Source of the DNA: Lepidodermella squamata
Taxonomy: Eukaryota; Animalia; Gastrotricha
DNA: 24,337 nucleotides
Direction: 5' to 3'
Assembly: GCA_047495785.1 (NCBI GenBank)
Contig: JBLDXI010000140.1
Coordinates: forward strand, 1 to 24,337
Shown: positions 12,400 to 23,026 of the stretch, in pieces
Position numbering within the stretch: the stretch's first letter is position 1
Layout: each line of letters begins with the position of its first letter
Notes under the pieces: model-generated
What the model was told of the DNA's origin: nothing
What the model saw: only the letters and a program-made list of their open reading frames with translations
Database searches by the model: none
Position numbers and translations under genes: made by a program

Positions 12400-12405
12400 A
12401 ATAAA
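12400..12405 (+). terminator. Probable polyadenylation signal of KANSL2
   Basis: AATAAA ~100 nt after the stop codon, followed by T-rich sequence. Confidence 0.5.
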
Positions 12406-12522
12406 ACTGCCAGTTCTTTTTTTGAAATTGTGTTTTGATTCGAAAAACTCCACCTTAATGAAATTTGCAGTTACCCGTGAACATGGAGAATAGAAGAGTT
12501 ATCTTTGTGAAAAAATGAATTA

Positions 12523-13428
12523 CTGTAAGCCGGTACAACTTTGAACACCCAAGTCCATGCAAACTTCGATGTGATGTGTAAATTAAACAGATGCGATTTT
12601 GGTCGGGTTTTCAACGTAGTTCGACTGGGGCCGCCCACCGTAACACCCTGATGTTTTCTCGGAAATTCGCAAGCGTAAGGATTTGGCAAGGGGTACCCCA
12701 AAAGTACAACTTTGAGCACCAACATTTCGTGAAATAAAAAATCCACCTTTATTCGTGCGCAGAGAATTTCGCGTGAAATTTGCGATTTTCACCTCACTGG
12801 TGTGCTTCATTCAGGAAAAAACGACGCGTGAAACGTATGATATGTAGCTTGGCACTCACCGCAGTGAAAATATGAAATAAATATATCCCAGGCGACTTCG
12901 CAGAAGTTGTGAGCACTCATCATTAAGTTTCATTTATGCCGCTTGTTAATATTATGAAAATAAATAATGCTGCATTATCATTTAGCCAATTGTAACAATT
13001 AGCGTACATGATTTTAGTTCATTCGATTGCTGCTGCGAGAAGCGACACTAATGCCAAGTGTGTGAGAACGTAGTGCGTGAAAATTGAAAAATAATAAGTT
13101 ATCAACATTTTTATGGTGGACTTTTTACTCGGTATTTGAGATTAATTCGTTGCCATTACGAGATAGGAAGTCGTTTTTCTGATCACTACGTTCTCTATGG
13201 AGCATAGTAGAGTTCAGTAAATGCGAACGAAGTCTATAAAAAACTTGAAACATCATACTCAAAGTCAAAATAATGAATTTCTATCGTTAGAAAATGGCAA
13301 AATGTTAGATCTCAACGAGACCTATATTCAGTAGAATTCCCAAGCGGTAGATTCCCACGGTTTCAGAGAAAAGCTGATTTGCGTGAAATGTTCAAAGTTG
13401 TACCTGTTCAAGTTGTACTGGATTACGG
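12523..13428. mobile_element. Non-autonomous Tc1/mariner-superfamily (pogo/Tc2-like) element, copy 1
   Basis: TA on both sides. Imperfect TIRs CTGTAAGCCGGTACAACTTTGAACA vs (rc) CCGTAATCCAGTACAACTTGAACA; the GTACAACTTTGA motif recurs subterminally and near 12704. No transposase ORF. Confidence 0.7.
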
Positions 13429-13566
13429 TATTGCGTTTTTTTATAAAGTGGGGGCACGTTAATTAATTGTGATAATCGAAAAACATGCTATTGCGAAATG
13501 AAGCACACAATTCAATTCTCGGACGAATTTCTGTTCCAAAAATTCCATCATTTAAGACAAAATTGA

Positions 13567-14354
13567 TCACATGGTTATCCAATAGCATTCACGTTACCGT
13601 CGCAATATACAGCGTCTCTTAAAAGCACAATCGTTTTAAATAAGCACTCAAAGGATGTTACAAGGCCGGTTTTTCGGCCACGGAACACTGATACTACTAT
13701 TGTCAGAATCGTCGATGAATTGCCGACTTCGTCGCCAGTTCTCAGCGACCTTGCGCTGATGCGTGGCTTCGGTTCCAGCGAAAACCGCCTCATCTGGAAA
13801 CCCAACAAAGCAAAATTCACCGAGCGCTTGATTTTACTATGCTGCTATTAGCCTTGTTTTTCTCATCCTGAAACAAACGATGGAATCGATTTCCAAGCTG
13901 AGCTTATTTTCGTTGACGATTTAGTAGCTATTAGGAACATGAAACGGGTTCGAGAGTTTTTGAAGCTAAGCCAATCAAGCATAATCGCGATATTCTTGAA
14001 AAATAGGGAACAATTCATTCTGAACAAAAACGCATCCAAATTTCGAACATTTGCCCCGATTCTATTTCTTCCTCTTCCGTCTCTCATCTTCCTTTTTTCT
14101 ATCTGTTCTTCCATCTGTTCTTCCACTCTTAGTCTTCCTTATTCTTCTCTTAAAAATTTCTGGGTAGTTTTCTGAAGTTGCGAAGCATAGAAGATGCGAA
14201 GATTATACTGTTATCCATAGCTTCAAAAATTATTGGTTCGTCAGAGTTCATCAAAGATTCTCGAGAAGGACAGAAACTTGTTCGAAATGCTACGTGTCTT
14301 CGAACAGCTAAATACATTTTTGTGATATATTTCACCCTTCAACAGAAAAAATAA
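13567..14354 (+). pseudogene. Coding-like sequence of unknown family, interrupted
   Basis: + frame open 13567-14175 except one TAG (13849-13851); a second open frame 14154-14354 follows a CT-rich tract. The minus-strand ORFs here read like antisense shadows. Confidence 0.3.
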
Positions 14355-14445
14355 TAGTAAAAATTCGGGTGGGTTTTTTTTGGGACTCTGACGGCCCTGT
14401 CGCGTAGAGCCGGATCTCTCTAAAATATCTTAATTTAATTTTAAT

Positions 14446-14507
14446 AGATTTCTTTAATGTCTGAAGATGACGTCAGATGACGTCGAAACGTCACAATCTC
14501 AAATAAA
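14446..14507 (+). ncRNA. Minimal type I hammerhead ribozyme motif, Penelope-like element pLTR type
   Basis: TGT-CTGAAGA-T-GACGTC-AGAT-GACGTC-GAAA-CG-TC-ACA: full core, 6-bp helix II, palindromic ACGT helix III, TGT/ACA helix I, and AATAAA at 14502-14507. Predicted cleavage after C14492. Confidence 0.75.
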
Positions 14508-14680
14508 ACAGGAAAATGGTCGCAAATTCTTCGCGCTGTTGTTCACATTAAAAATTACAAAAAACAAACATCTTATCAAATTTTAATAGTAATGTTAATT
14601 TCGCCGCCCCCTCCGATTTCTGGGTCTCACTTCTGCCAACTATATAAAATCGACCACTTCAGTCTCTTGTTTAGGGATTA

Positions 14681-14955
14681 CCGTCAACTGGGGTGACTTT
14701 ACCCAGTGGGGTGACTTCGACGTACCAAAAATGGGGTTACGCGGGGTGAATAAATTTTTCGAAATTTTCTAATGTCCTTAGATCTGTTGTATTGATGTGC
14801 ATTGTACACATCTAGACTGGCCTTTCCTTGGGCTATCCAACGGTACCCCACTCGCGGGGTATTTACCTTACAATCTTTGATTTTTGGTACGCCAAAGTCA
14901 CCCCATTTTGGTACGTCGAAGTGACCCCACTGCCCAAAGTCACCCAAGTTGACGG
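14681..14955. mobile_element. MITE (275 bp), Tc1/mariner superfamily, TA target duplication
   Basis: ~57-bp TIRs (14681-14737 / 14900-14955) beginning CCGTCAACT(G/T)GGGTGACTTT; TA at 14679-14680 and 14956-14957; internal GGGGTGACTT subrepeats. Confidence 0.9.
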
Positions 14956-15034
14956 TATTTCTTGGGCCTAAATTTTAGATGAAAATTTTGCTTTTTTTAA
15001 GGCGGATTTCTTAATATTTTTTAATTAATTATAG

Positions 15035-16345
15035 CGCGTGGCAGAGCAGACCAGCAAGCGAGAAATCGGTCAAACTTTGGATTTATTCCTCCTTATCTGC
15101 TGCGTGACATTTGCTGAGTGGAACTTGACCATGTTCGAAAGCAGCAATGACTATGAAAGTGAAACGGCCGCAACCTCTGAAAAGTTGTTCAAGGCTACGC
15201 TCGATGCCTTTCTACTTGTCGTCACAGATTTTATAGGGAAAATCAAGCCACTCATTTCATTTGCCTACGAACACTGTACCGTGTCAGTCGTAGCTGCTAT
15301 GCGGTTCCGTTACCTCAGCGAGAAAATGATGACTGCAGAGCTTGAACACCGCGACCAAGTTGCCCGAGAATTCTTTGCAATCGATCATTTGGTACGACTA
15401 GGTCTTGTAAATTTGCCTGAAATTCGTTTGCAGAAAATCGTCGAATGCCCCGCTTTTGCCGATAATTTCAGCTTCGGCTTGCTGAAATACGTTGCGTTCG
15501 CCTATCGATACGGTTGGCAGATTGAAGGATCTTCTAACGAGGAGCATTTGCAAGGCGCACTACAGCTTATTGAGAAACTTTTGTATTCCTCGAAGACATA
15601 TTTCGCGAAAAAATTTATCAAGCTTATCGGAAGTGAATTGGCTCACCAGGGACCACCTGGCCACTCAGAAATGACGTTTTGGAACGCTTTGTTCGAGCTG
15701 AAATACGACGAATATGACGAAATCGACTCGCCAGATTGCGCGGCGAGACTGTTGCGGTTTTTGGACAGACCTGGTCGCGAGATGATGTTGAAGAAAAATC
15801 GAGAAGGCCTGCGCCGCATTGGCGTCAAGTTTCTCTGCGATATCATTGAAGATATAGAAGAAGGAATGCTTGGATTCGGTAGCGAGGGCGAGCCTAGCTT
15901 TCCTAAGGAAAATTCGGCCCTGGGACTCGACGCAATAGTCGGCAGTAGATTGCCGATGATGTCTCTTAAAGAACTGATGACCGACCCGGCGCAGCCTCAA
16001 TTTAGCTTCCCTCCAAGTACTGTCAAAGATCTGGCTAGCAAGCTTGTTCAAATGATGAAATGTGATGCGTCCGGCGAGATGGATCGAGTTATGGCAGAAA
16101 TGGCTGCGCTTTTCGGCGGAAGAGCTGCTATGTTTTTCAATAAGAACCAGCTGTCGTCAACCAGCCAAATATCGTGCGTTGCCACCGGCATTTTGACGGG
16201 CAATCTCTTCATCAACGATGCTGAATTTCGCAACCAGTTGCGCAAGACCAAGGGCGTGAAGCAAGCCGTAGCTAATTTCAAAAAGAATCTGGATGTTCTT
16301 ACGAAATCTATAGCCGCTGCCAAGCAGGTTCCTATGAAACACTGA
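15035..16345 (+). CDS. Uncharacterised protein, probably a terminal exon (436 codons), likely mainly helical
   Basis: Long uninterrupted ORF with protein-like composition, directly preceded by an AT-rich acceptor (aattatAG at 15033-15034). No family motif recognised. Confidence 0.75.
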   Translation, partial: RVAEQTSKREIGQTLDLFLLICCVTFAEWNLTMFESSNDYESETAATSEKLFKATLDAFLLVVTDFIGKIKPLISFAYEHCTVSVVAAMRFRYLSEKMMTAELEHRDQVAREFFAIDHLVRLGLVNLPEIRLQKIVECPAFADNFSFGLLKYVAFAYRYGWQIEGSSNEEHLQGALQLIEKLLYSSKTYFAKKFIKLIGSELAHQGPPGHSEMTFWNALFELKYDEYDEIDSPDCAARLLRFLDRPGREMMLKKNREGLRRIGVKFLCDIIEDIEEGMLGFGSEGEPSFPKENSALGLDAIVGSRLPMMSLKELMTDPAQPQFSFPPSTVKDLASKLVQMMKCDASGEMDRVMAEMAALFGGRAAMFFNKNQLSSTSQISCVATGILTGNLFINDAEFRNQLRKTKGVKQAVANFKKNLDVLTKSIAAAKQVPMKH

Positions 16346-17247
16346 TCCTCGATATAATTGCATTCAGTATTGCCTAATCCAGCTTTTTGACATTTTCTTC
16401 GACTGTTTCGGAACTTTCAACTTGTTTCCCAATTTAATTTCAATAATCAAAAGTGAGAGTAAAATAAACAAATGCAATTTGTCGAAAGCTGATTGGCTCG
16501 TCAGTGATTCAAACCACCAGAATTTGTCTATAGAAAAGGAAGAGGGGGAAGATGGAAGAAGAAGAAGAACAGATAGAAAAAAGGAAGATGAGAGACGGAA
16601 GAGGAAGAAATAGAATCGGGGCAAATGTTCGAAATTTGGATGCGTTTTTGTTCAGAATGAATTGTTCCCTATTTTTTCAAGAATATCGCGATTATGCTTG
16701 ATTGGCTTAGCTTCAAAAACTCTCGAACCCGTTTCATGTTCCTAATAGCTACTAAATCGTCAACGAAAATAAGCTCAGCTTGGAAATCGATTCCATCGTT
16801 TGTTTCAGGATGAGAAAAACAAGGCTAATAGCAGCATAGTAAAATCAAGCGCTCGGTGAATTTTGCTTTGTTGGGTTTCCAGATGAGGCGGTTTTCGCTG
16901 GAACCGAAGCCACGCATCAGCGCAAGGTCGCTGAGAACTGGCGACGAAGTCGGCAATTCATCGACGATTCTGACAATAGTAGTATCAGTGTTCCGTGGCC
17001 GAAAAACCGGCCTTGTAACATCCTTTGAGTGCTTATTTAAAACGATTGTGCTTTTAAGAGACGCTGTATATTGCGACGGTAACGTGAATGCTATTGGACA
17101 ACCATGTGATCAATTTTGTCTTAAATGATGGAATTTTTGGAACAGAAATTCGTCCGAGAATTGAATTGTGTGCTTCATTTCGCAATAGCATGTTTTTCGA
17201 TTATCACAATTAATTAACGTGCCCCCACTTTATAAAAAAACGCAATA

Positions 17248-18153
17248 CCGTAATCCAGTACAACTTGAACAGGTACAACTTTGAACATTTCACGCAAATC
17301 AGCTTTTCTCTGAAACCGTGGGAATCTACCGCTTGGGAATTCTACTGAATATAGGTCTCGTTGAGATCTAACATTTTGCCATTTTCTAACGATAGAAATT
17401 CATTATTTTGACTTTGAGTATGATGTTTCAAGTTTTTTATAGACTTCGTTCGCATTTACTGAACTCTACTATGCTCCATAGAGAACGTAGTGATCAGAAA
17501 AACGACTTCCTATCTCGTAATGGCAACGAATTAATCTCAAATACCGAGTAAAAAGTCCACCATAAAAATGTTGATAACTTATTATTTTTCAATTTTCACG
17601 CACTACGTTCTCACACACTTGGCATTAGTGTCGCTTCTCGCAGCAGCAATCGAATGAACTAAAATCATGTACGCTAATTGTTACAATTGGCTAAATGATA
17701 ATGCAGCATTATTTATTTTCATAATATTAACAAGCGGCATAAATGAAACTTAATGATGAGTGCTCACAACTTCTGCGAAGTCGCCTGGGATATATTTATT
17801 TCATATTTTCACTGCGGTGAGTGCCAAGCTACATATCATACGTTTCACGCGTCGTTTTTTCCTGAATGAAGCACACCAGTGAGGTGAAAATCGCAAATTT
17901 CACGCGAAATTCTCTGCGCACGAATAAAGGTGGATTTTTTATTTCACGAAATGTTGGTGCTCAAAGTTGTACTTTTGGGGTACCCCTTGCCAAATCCTTA
18001 CGCTTGCGAATTTCCGAGAAAACATCAGGGTGTTACGGTGGGCGGCCCCAGTCGAACTACGTTGAAAACCCGACCAAAATCGCATCTGTTTAATTTACAC
18101 ATCACATCGAAGTTTGCATGGACTTGGGTGTTCAAAGTTGTACCGGCTTACAG
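17248..18153. mobile_element. Non-autonomous Tc1/mariner-superfamily element, mirror copy
   Basis: Mirror of 12523-13428. Confidence 0.7.
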
Positions 18154-18376
18154 TAATTCATTTTTTCACAAAGATAACTCTTCTATTCTCCATGTTCACG
18201 GGTAACTGCAAATTTCATTAAGGTGGAGTTTTTCGAATCAAAACACAATTTCAAAAAAAGAACTGGCAGTTTTATTTTCGGCGTTAAAATCAAATTATTA
18301 TTATGCATTGTTGAAAACTAGTGCGAGGACGGCTGTCAGAATAACAAAAACAAAATCTTCAATCAATCACAATCAA

Positions 18377-21300
18377 TCACTTTGCCGATTTAGTCACCGG
18401 AGGTGTCGACGAAATTTGCACCAGAGCCCGGTGCATCGAGCACAGCATTGAAGAAGAAGTGTCCGATGCCATGACACTCGGAGACGGCGAATTTCCGCTA
18501 CTCCGGGTTGAAATCGAAGTAGAAGCGACCGGCGAGTTCGAGAGACCTCGCGGAGGATTCGGGCTTTGAACAACCAACCGACCGCAGTCGATGTGGCGGA
18601 GTGGCTTCGAAGCGTCCAAGCTTGAAGGTGTTGTAGGCAAATCGCCGCTTTCTGGCGGCTTCTCGCACGGAGCGATGAAGAAACCGGGGCATTTCGAAAA
18701 TAGCAGTTGCCTTCGATCGAGCATAATATCTGAAATGAAAAAAAAATTTAAATTAAAATGAGCTTTTTAATTTAATTATTATTTTATATTCCCTTCCTAG
18801 ATACTATGACTGTATATATTTGGGTGCGGCCACAAAAATGTCATCTCGGAAAAAAATTGAAACTGCCATAACTCACCCGAAAAAATCCGACATGAAAGAT
18901 TTCTTTAATTTCGAGATCCCCTTGATCAGTACTTTCCATCGGTATAAATTTTGTGCCGATCAGATGATTTTGATTTTTATCTACATACGTACTAATTTTT
19001 GGTTTGATCTTATTTATTTATGAGCAATATTATTCCAGGTATGCAGGACAGGTCAGCTGAAAGAGTCTTTTATTTCGGTGTTTTCGCGAAAATACCAACA
19101 TTGAAATAATCGGAAATTGATTATAATCGAAATATATAAAGAATTGGGTGTGCCAACTGCACATACTAAAATAGTGACTCCAGTACTAGAAAGCCGCTCT
19201 AACTAATCCTATTCAAGACAAAATAAAAAATAAACATCTGTAACACTAAATATATAAAGCCACCACTTAATTCGTGGAAAGGAATGTCATCTTGCCACTC
19301 TAGCGACGCCTCTGGAAGCAGTTACTTAGAAGATCACCCAATCGACCTGGGGCACCCATCATTCCATAAAACTAATAATTTCTTTCCGCGAACCATTTTT
19401 AATTAAAACGTCGGAAATGTATAAAAAGGGTGTATAAACTAAATTAAACTATCGAAAAGTCATTTTACTGCATTATTACATTGGAACACGAGCTTAAGCT
19501 GTCGGAATACGCGTGGCCTGATTTGAAACAGCTAGCTATAACCTAGCCTTACTTATTTAATAATTCTTTCGTTTCATCTTCGATGATGGATTTGTTGAGA
19601 AATTGCGAGTCTGACAGTCAGACCGATGATGAATACATAGAATCAAAAGCTTATGAGGATGAATTTCGACGAATCTGAGTTTGATGATGAGGAGAGCGCT
19701 GACCCTGGTATTGTTGAGGATGGGGAAGATGCGATTTGGCCCAATGTCGAGAATGAATGGGATAACTTCGAGTCATTGCGGTACGCAATCTCTTACCAAG
19801 AGTCGAAGGATTACGTGAAGCAAACCTATCCTGACCTGTGGATTGACACCACGAAGAGCGGCAACAACAAGGAGACCTGCTACTACGTCTGCCGTTTCCA
19901 CAAGTCTGGCGCCAAGATCTATCCGCACAAGGCTGTTCTTAAGTGGTCGCCAGATCAAGCGGTTCCATCCTCTGGCGGGAAACACGTTCAGCCTGAGGCA
20001 TCGACGGCAGTCATCACGCCTGATGTCCGCAAATATGTGCTGGATCATATCAACGATAGGCCGAAGTTCATTCGCGAGCGGAATCACCCTCGCCTAACGA
20101 TCAGACAGGTATCAAACCTAAAGCAACAGTTCAAGCGAAAGATTCAAGTCGCCCAGAATCTGGCGCCAGCAATTATGGAACTGCCGAGCTTCGAGCATGG
20201 TGCGAATCACGGTTGCGTAAACCGGACAACGAGCATCTATTGGTCTATGCCCGCGGCTTTCAAATCGATGCTACTCACAAAATCATCCATGGCGGCCACA
20301 AGATTTTTATCGGCGGCTCGTCTGACAAAAATCGAAAGTTTCACCCAATTCTTCTTGGTGTTTCAAGCAATGAGAATGGCCGAGCGTATCAAGTGATTTT
20401 TCGTGGTTTGAAATTATTTATGCCATTTAACATGCCCCTGGCGATAATGGCTGACGGAGCTAGTTATATTACTACGGCCATAGAACTGTCATTTGGTATC
20501 GTAATACTGCGGCTAACGTGTTATTTTCATGTGAAAATGAATGCTCGCAAGCGGTTTGGAAGTAAGGATTTAGGCATTTTCCGACGGTCATAAGTCATGT
20601 TTGAATATAGAGAAGAACATCAAATTGTTGTAAAAATGTGGGGCAGGGGCCTAGGCCGACCCCGTGGGCGTGGTCGCGGAGGAGTCCAAGCTGCCATCAT
20701 TCCACCTGTGATTGAAGTGGAGCCACCTGCCATCATCGGTGGTCGAGGCCGTGGGCGTGGGCATAAGGTTCAGCCTGTGCTTGAAGCAGAGCCAATACAT
20801 GTGATTACTCGAAGCGCTGCCCGTGGACGCGGCCAAGCTGTAATCTTACAAGAAGATCCAACTGCTAACATTCGGGGTCGAGGCCGTGGGCGTGGCCGAG
20901 CTAGCCGTGGTCGTGCTTGACTTTTAATTGAGGTTCAATTGATACATTCTCGTGACTCATTCCACATTCGTGATTTAACGATGTCTTAAACCATCGGAAT
21001 AATATTTAAATATTAACTTAAATACGAGTTTCCGATGAATATAGAATAAAAATTATATTTCGACGGTTCCGACGGTTTATGCAAATAAGGCAGGATGTTG
21101 AATAGTCTACCTTAATCGTGGGCAAATAGCACGATTTTACTGCTACCGAAATACAGCCCATACTGTGGTAGCGTTCCGGAGCAGAGTTGCCGGCAGTGGG
21201 CAAGTTAACGATTCCCAATCAAAATAGTATATCATAAAGTGATGATAATCTCAGCATCATGGCTCATTTGCATAATATGCCGCATTTCTCTTAACTATGC

Positions 21301-23026
21301 GAGCGAGCCTAAAGGCACGAGTTCATCATATCCTAATCTCAATTCAAACACTTATCGAAACAGTAAGTCTACCTCATAGCACTATAAAGGTGGCTTGAGC
21401 TGTCATGTACCTATAATCGCGGTTATACGGAATACGGTGAAAACCTAGGCATGCGTGGCGCGTGGTCGAAAATGCCTGAGAGCCTCGTCTTGGCTTAACA
21501 GCAGTAATAGGCTCTGAATGCTGATATTTAGTGCTGAAACTCAGATTTAGGCGGTGCACGTATTTAGATCCTTAACAATTTCCTCCGCGGCCAACTTAAA
21601 ACCGAATGTAAGTACACCGAAGACCGAATCAAATCCGACCGAAAATTAGTCGATTAAAATAGGTAAAAGTGTATCGCTTGTTTTGCGCTATAAGGGAACC
21701 GGGCCGATTTTGTAGTCCGGTTTACGCATGAAAACGTCAATGTAATAAAAGATGTGGAGAAAAATACAGGCTCCTTGCCTGACAAGAGAAATTTTTGAAT
21801 TGGCCAATAATCCCTGATTTAGATTTCTACTTTAATTATTAATACGAAAATGTATGAATTTCGTACCCAAAAATGACTTGAGAGCTAGTTAAGTGCGTAA
21901 TTTTCCACGTTTCATTTCCCAAGTCAGTCCGGTTTCGCTCTAAACCTTCGTCCGTTTTTGACAACTTTCCCTTTAGTTTCTTTCGCTAAGCTCTCTTCAG
22001 ATTTTTCCCTTGAATTTCTATTGAGATTGATAAAATTTATAAATTCGTTTACAAATTTTCATTTACAGTCATTTCAGCATTGAACTTACGTTTTGAGCAA
22101 TACTTTGTCAAAGGTAGTACATTTTGATCGCACGATACAACTGAGCACGTCGTGTTAACAGGAGCGTTTTGATCCACCACCGCCGCGTCGCTTGACGTTG
22201 ACGCTGCTTGTTGCACGTGGCCCACCTTGCCGTGCTTTAATTTCGACCGCAAATTCCACCGTATCACATTGTCAACAGACGGATATCGCCGCCGATGCCG
22301 CCGCATTGCCGCTAGCAAACGCTGACACCTCTGCTGCTCGGGCGTTGTCGCGATATAGTCAGTCAAAAGGTCACCGATTCGCCGCCGTCGATCCCTCGCT
22401 ACTTCGGTTAAATAGCGCCGCCGAGACACTTTCAACTGAACAGATATGTGCTTCAACTCTTCGACGTAGAGCCGCCTTAATTGTTTCATCCGGTCACACG
22501 CGACTGAGACAACTTCCTCGGCCAAATAAACGCCGGCGTGGCCGAGCGGGGCTGTACTGCCGAACTCGTCTGAGCCATCGTCAGACGCCGAATCCTCCAT
22601 AGAACAGAACTGGGCGGCTGGGTCATCGACATTGATTGCACCAAGCGCCTCGAGATATTCACACCGGCTCGGCACTCGACCTGCTACTTCATCGGCTTTC
22701 ACATGTTCCGTTTTCAGAGGTAATTGAGGCGCCACGTATTTTTCGGTCAACTTCCGCAGCTGTTCCGCGTCTGTTAACTCGGATTTGACATTCGGTTTTG
22801 ATAGTTTCAAGGCGGCTGGGCTAGTGACTGTTTTCGCGGGCGATGCGCCGGCTGACTTTCGCGATTTTTGAGGACTCGTAGCCGCGCTATTCACGTGGGC
22901 CCAACACATCGTAGTCGAAGGATTGGCCACAGGACGTGAACAGAGCCGCTCGGCGTAGGCGCAAGTGCCGGGTGATATCGCCTCGGGCGATTGCCGGCTC
23001 TTCCTCGAACCTCGCCCGCCTGACAT
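18377..23026 (-). CDS. KANSL2: KANSL2, mirror copy; exons 23026-22090 and 18729-18377
   Basis: Translations identical to copy 1 in the ORF track; same splice sites. Confidence 0.88.
19583..20920 (+). mobile_element. Decayed MULE transposase, mirror copy (cleaner sequence)
   Basis: Acidic N-terminus MMDLLRNCESDSQTDDEY, frameshift near 19662, YYVCRFHK..H (WRKY/GCM-like Zn-domain remnant), frameshift near 20140-20160, MULE core, TAA at 20591, then an in-frame RG-rich tail. Confidence 0.85.

Larger units (their letters stand above)
6329..14111. repeat. Left arm of a large inverted duplication (7,783 bp visible)
   Basis: Reverse complement of 16564-24337. Mirrored ORF coordinates sum to 30666 (7640/23026) or 30676 (11952/18724). 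The outer limit is set by the window end, not by a visible breakpoint. Confidence 0.98.

Noticed and set aside
14681-14955. Regularly spaced GGGGTGACTT repeats as a CRISPR-like array
   Set aside because: Eukaryotic context; the repeats are subunits of MITE TIRs in inverted orientation, without unique spacers.
15440-15600. Resemblance of LKYVAFAYRY..GALQLIEK to the ASK1/MAP3K5 helical (DUF4071) region
   Set aside because: Generic amphipathic-helix similarity; no other ASK motifs or kinase domain.
14112-16563. SMRTbell hairpin adapter at the palindrome centre (missed-adapter read)
   Set aside because: The centre is 2.45 kb of genuine-looking genomic sequence and I see no ATCTCTCTC..GAGAGAGAT adapter, so a simple missed adapter does not explain the fold-back.
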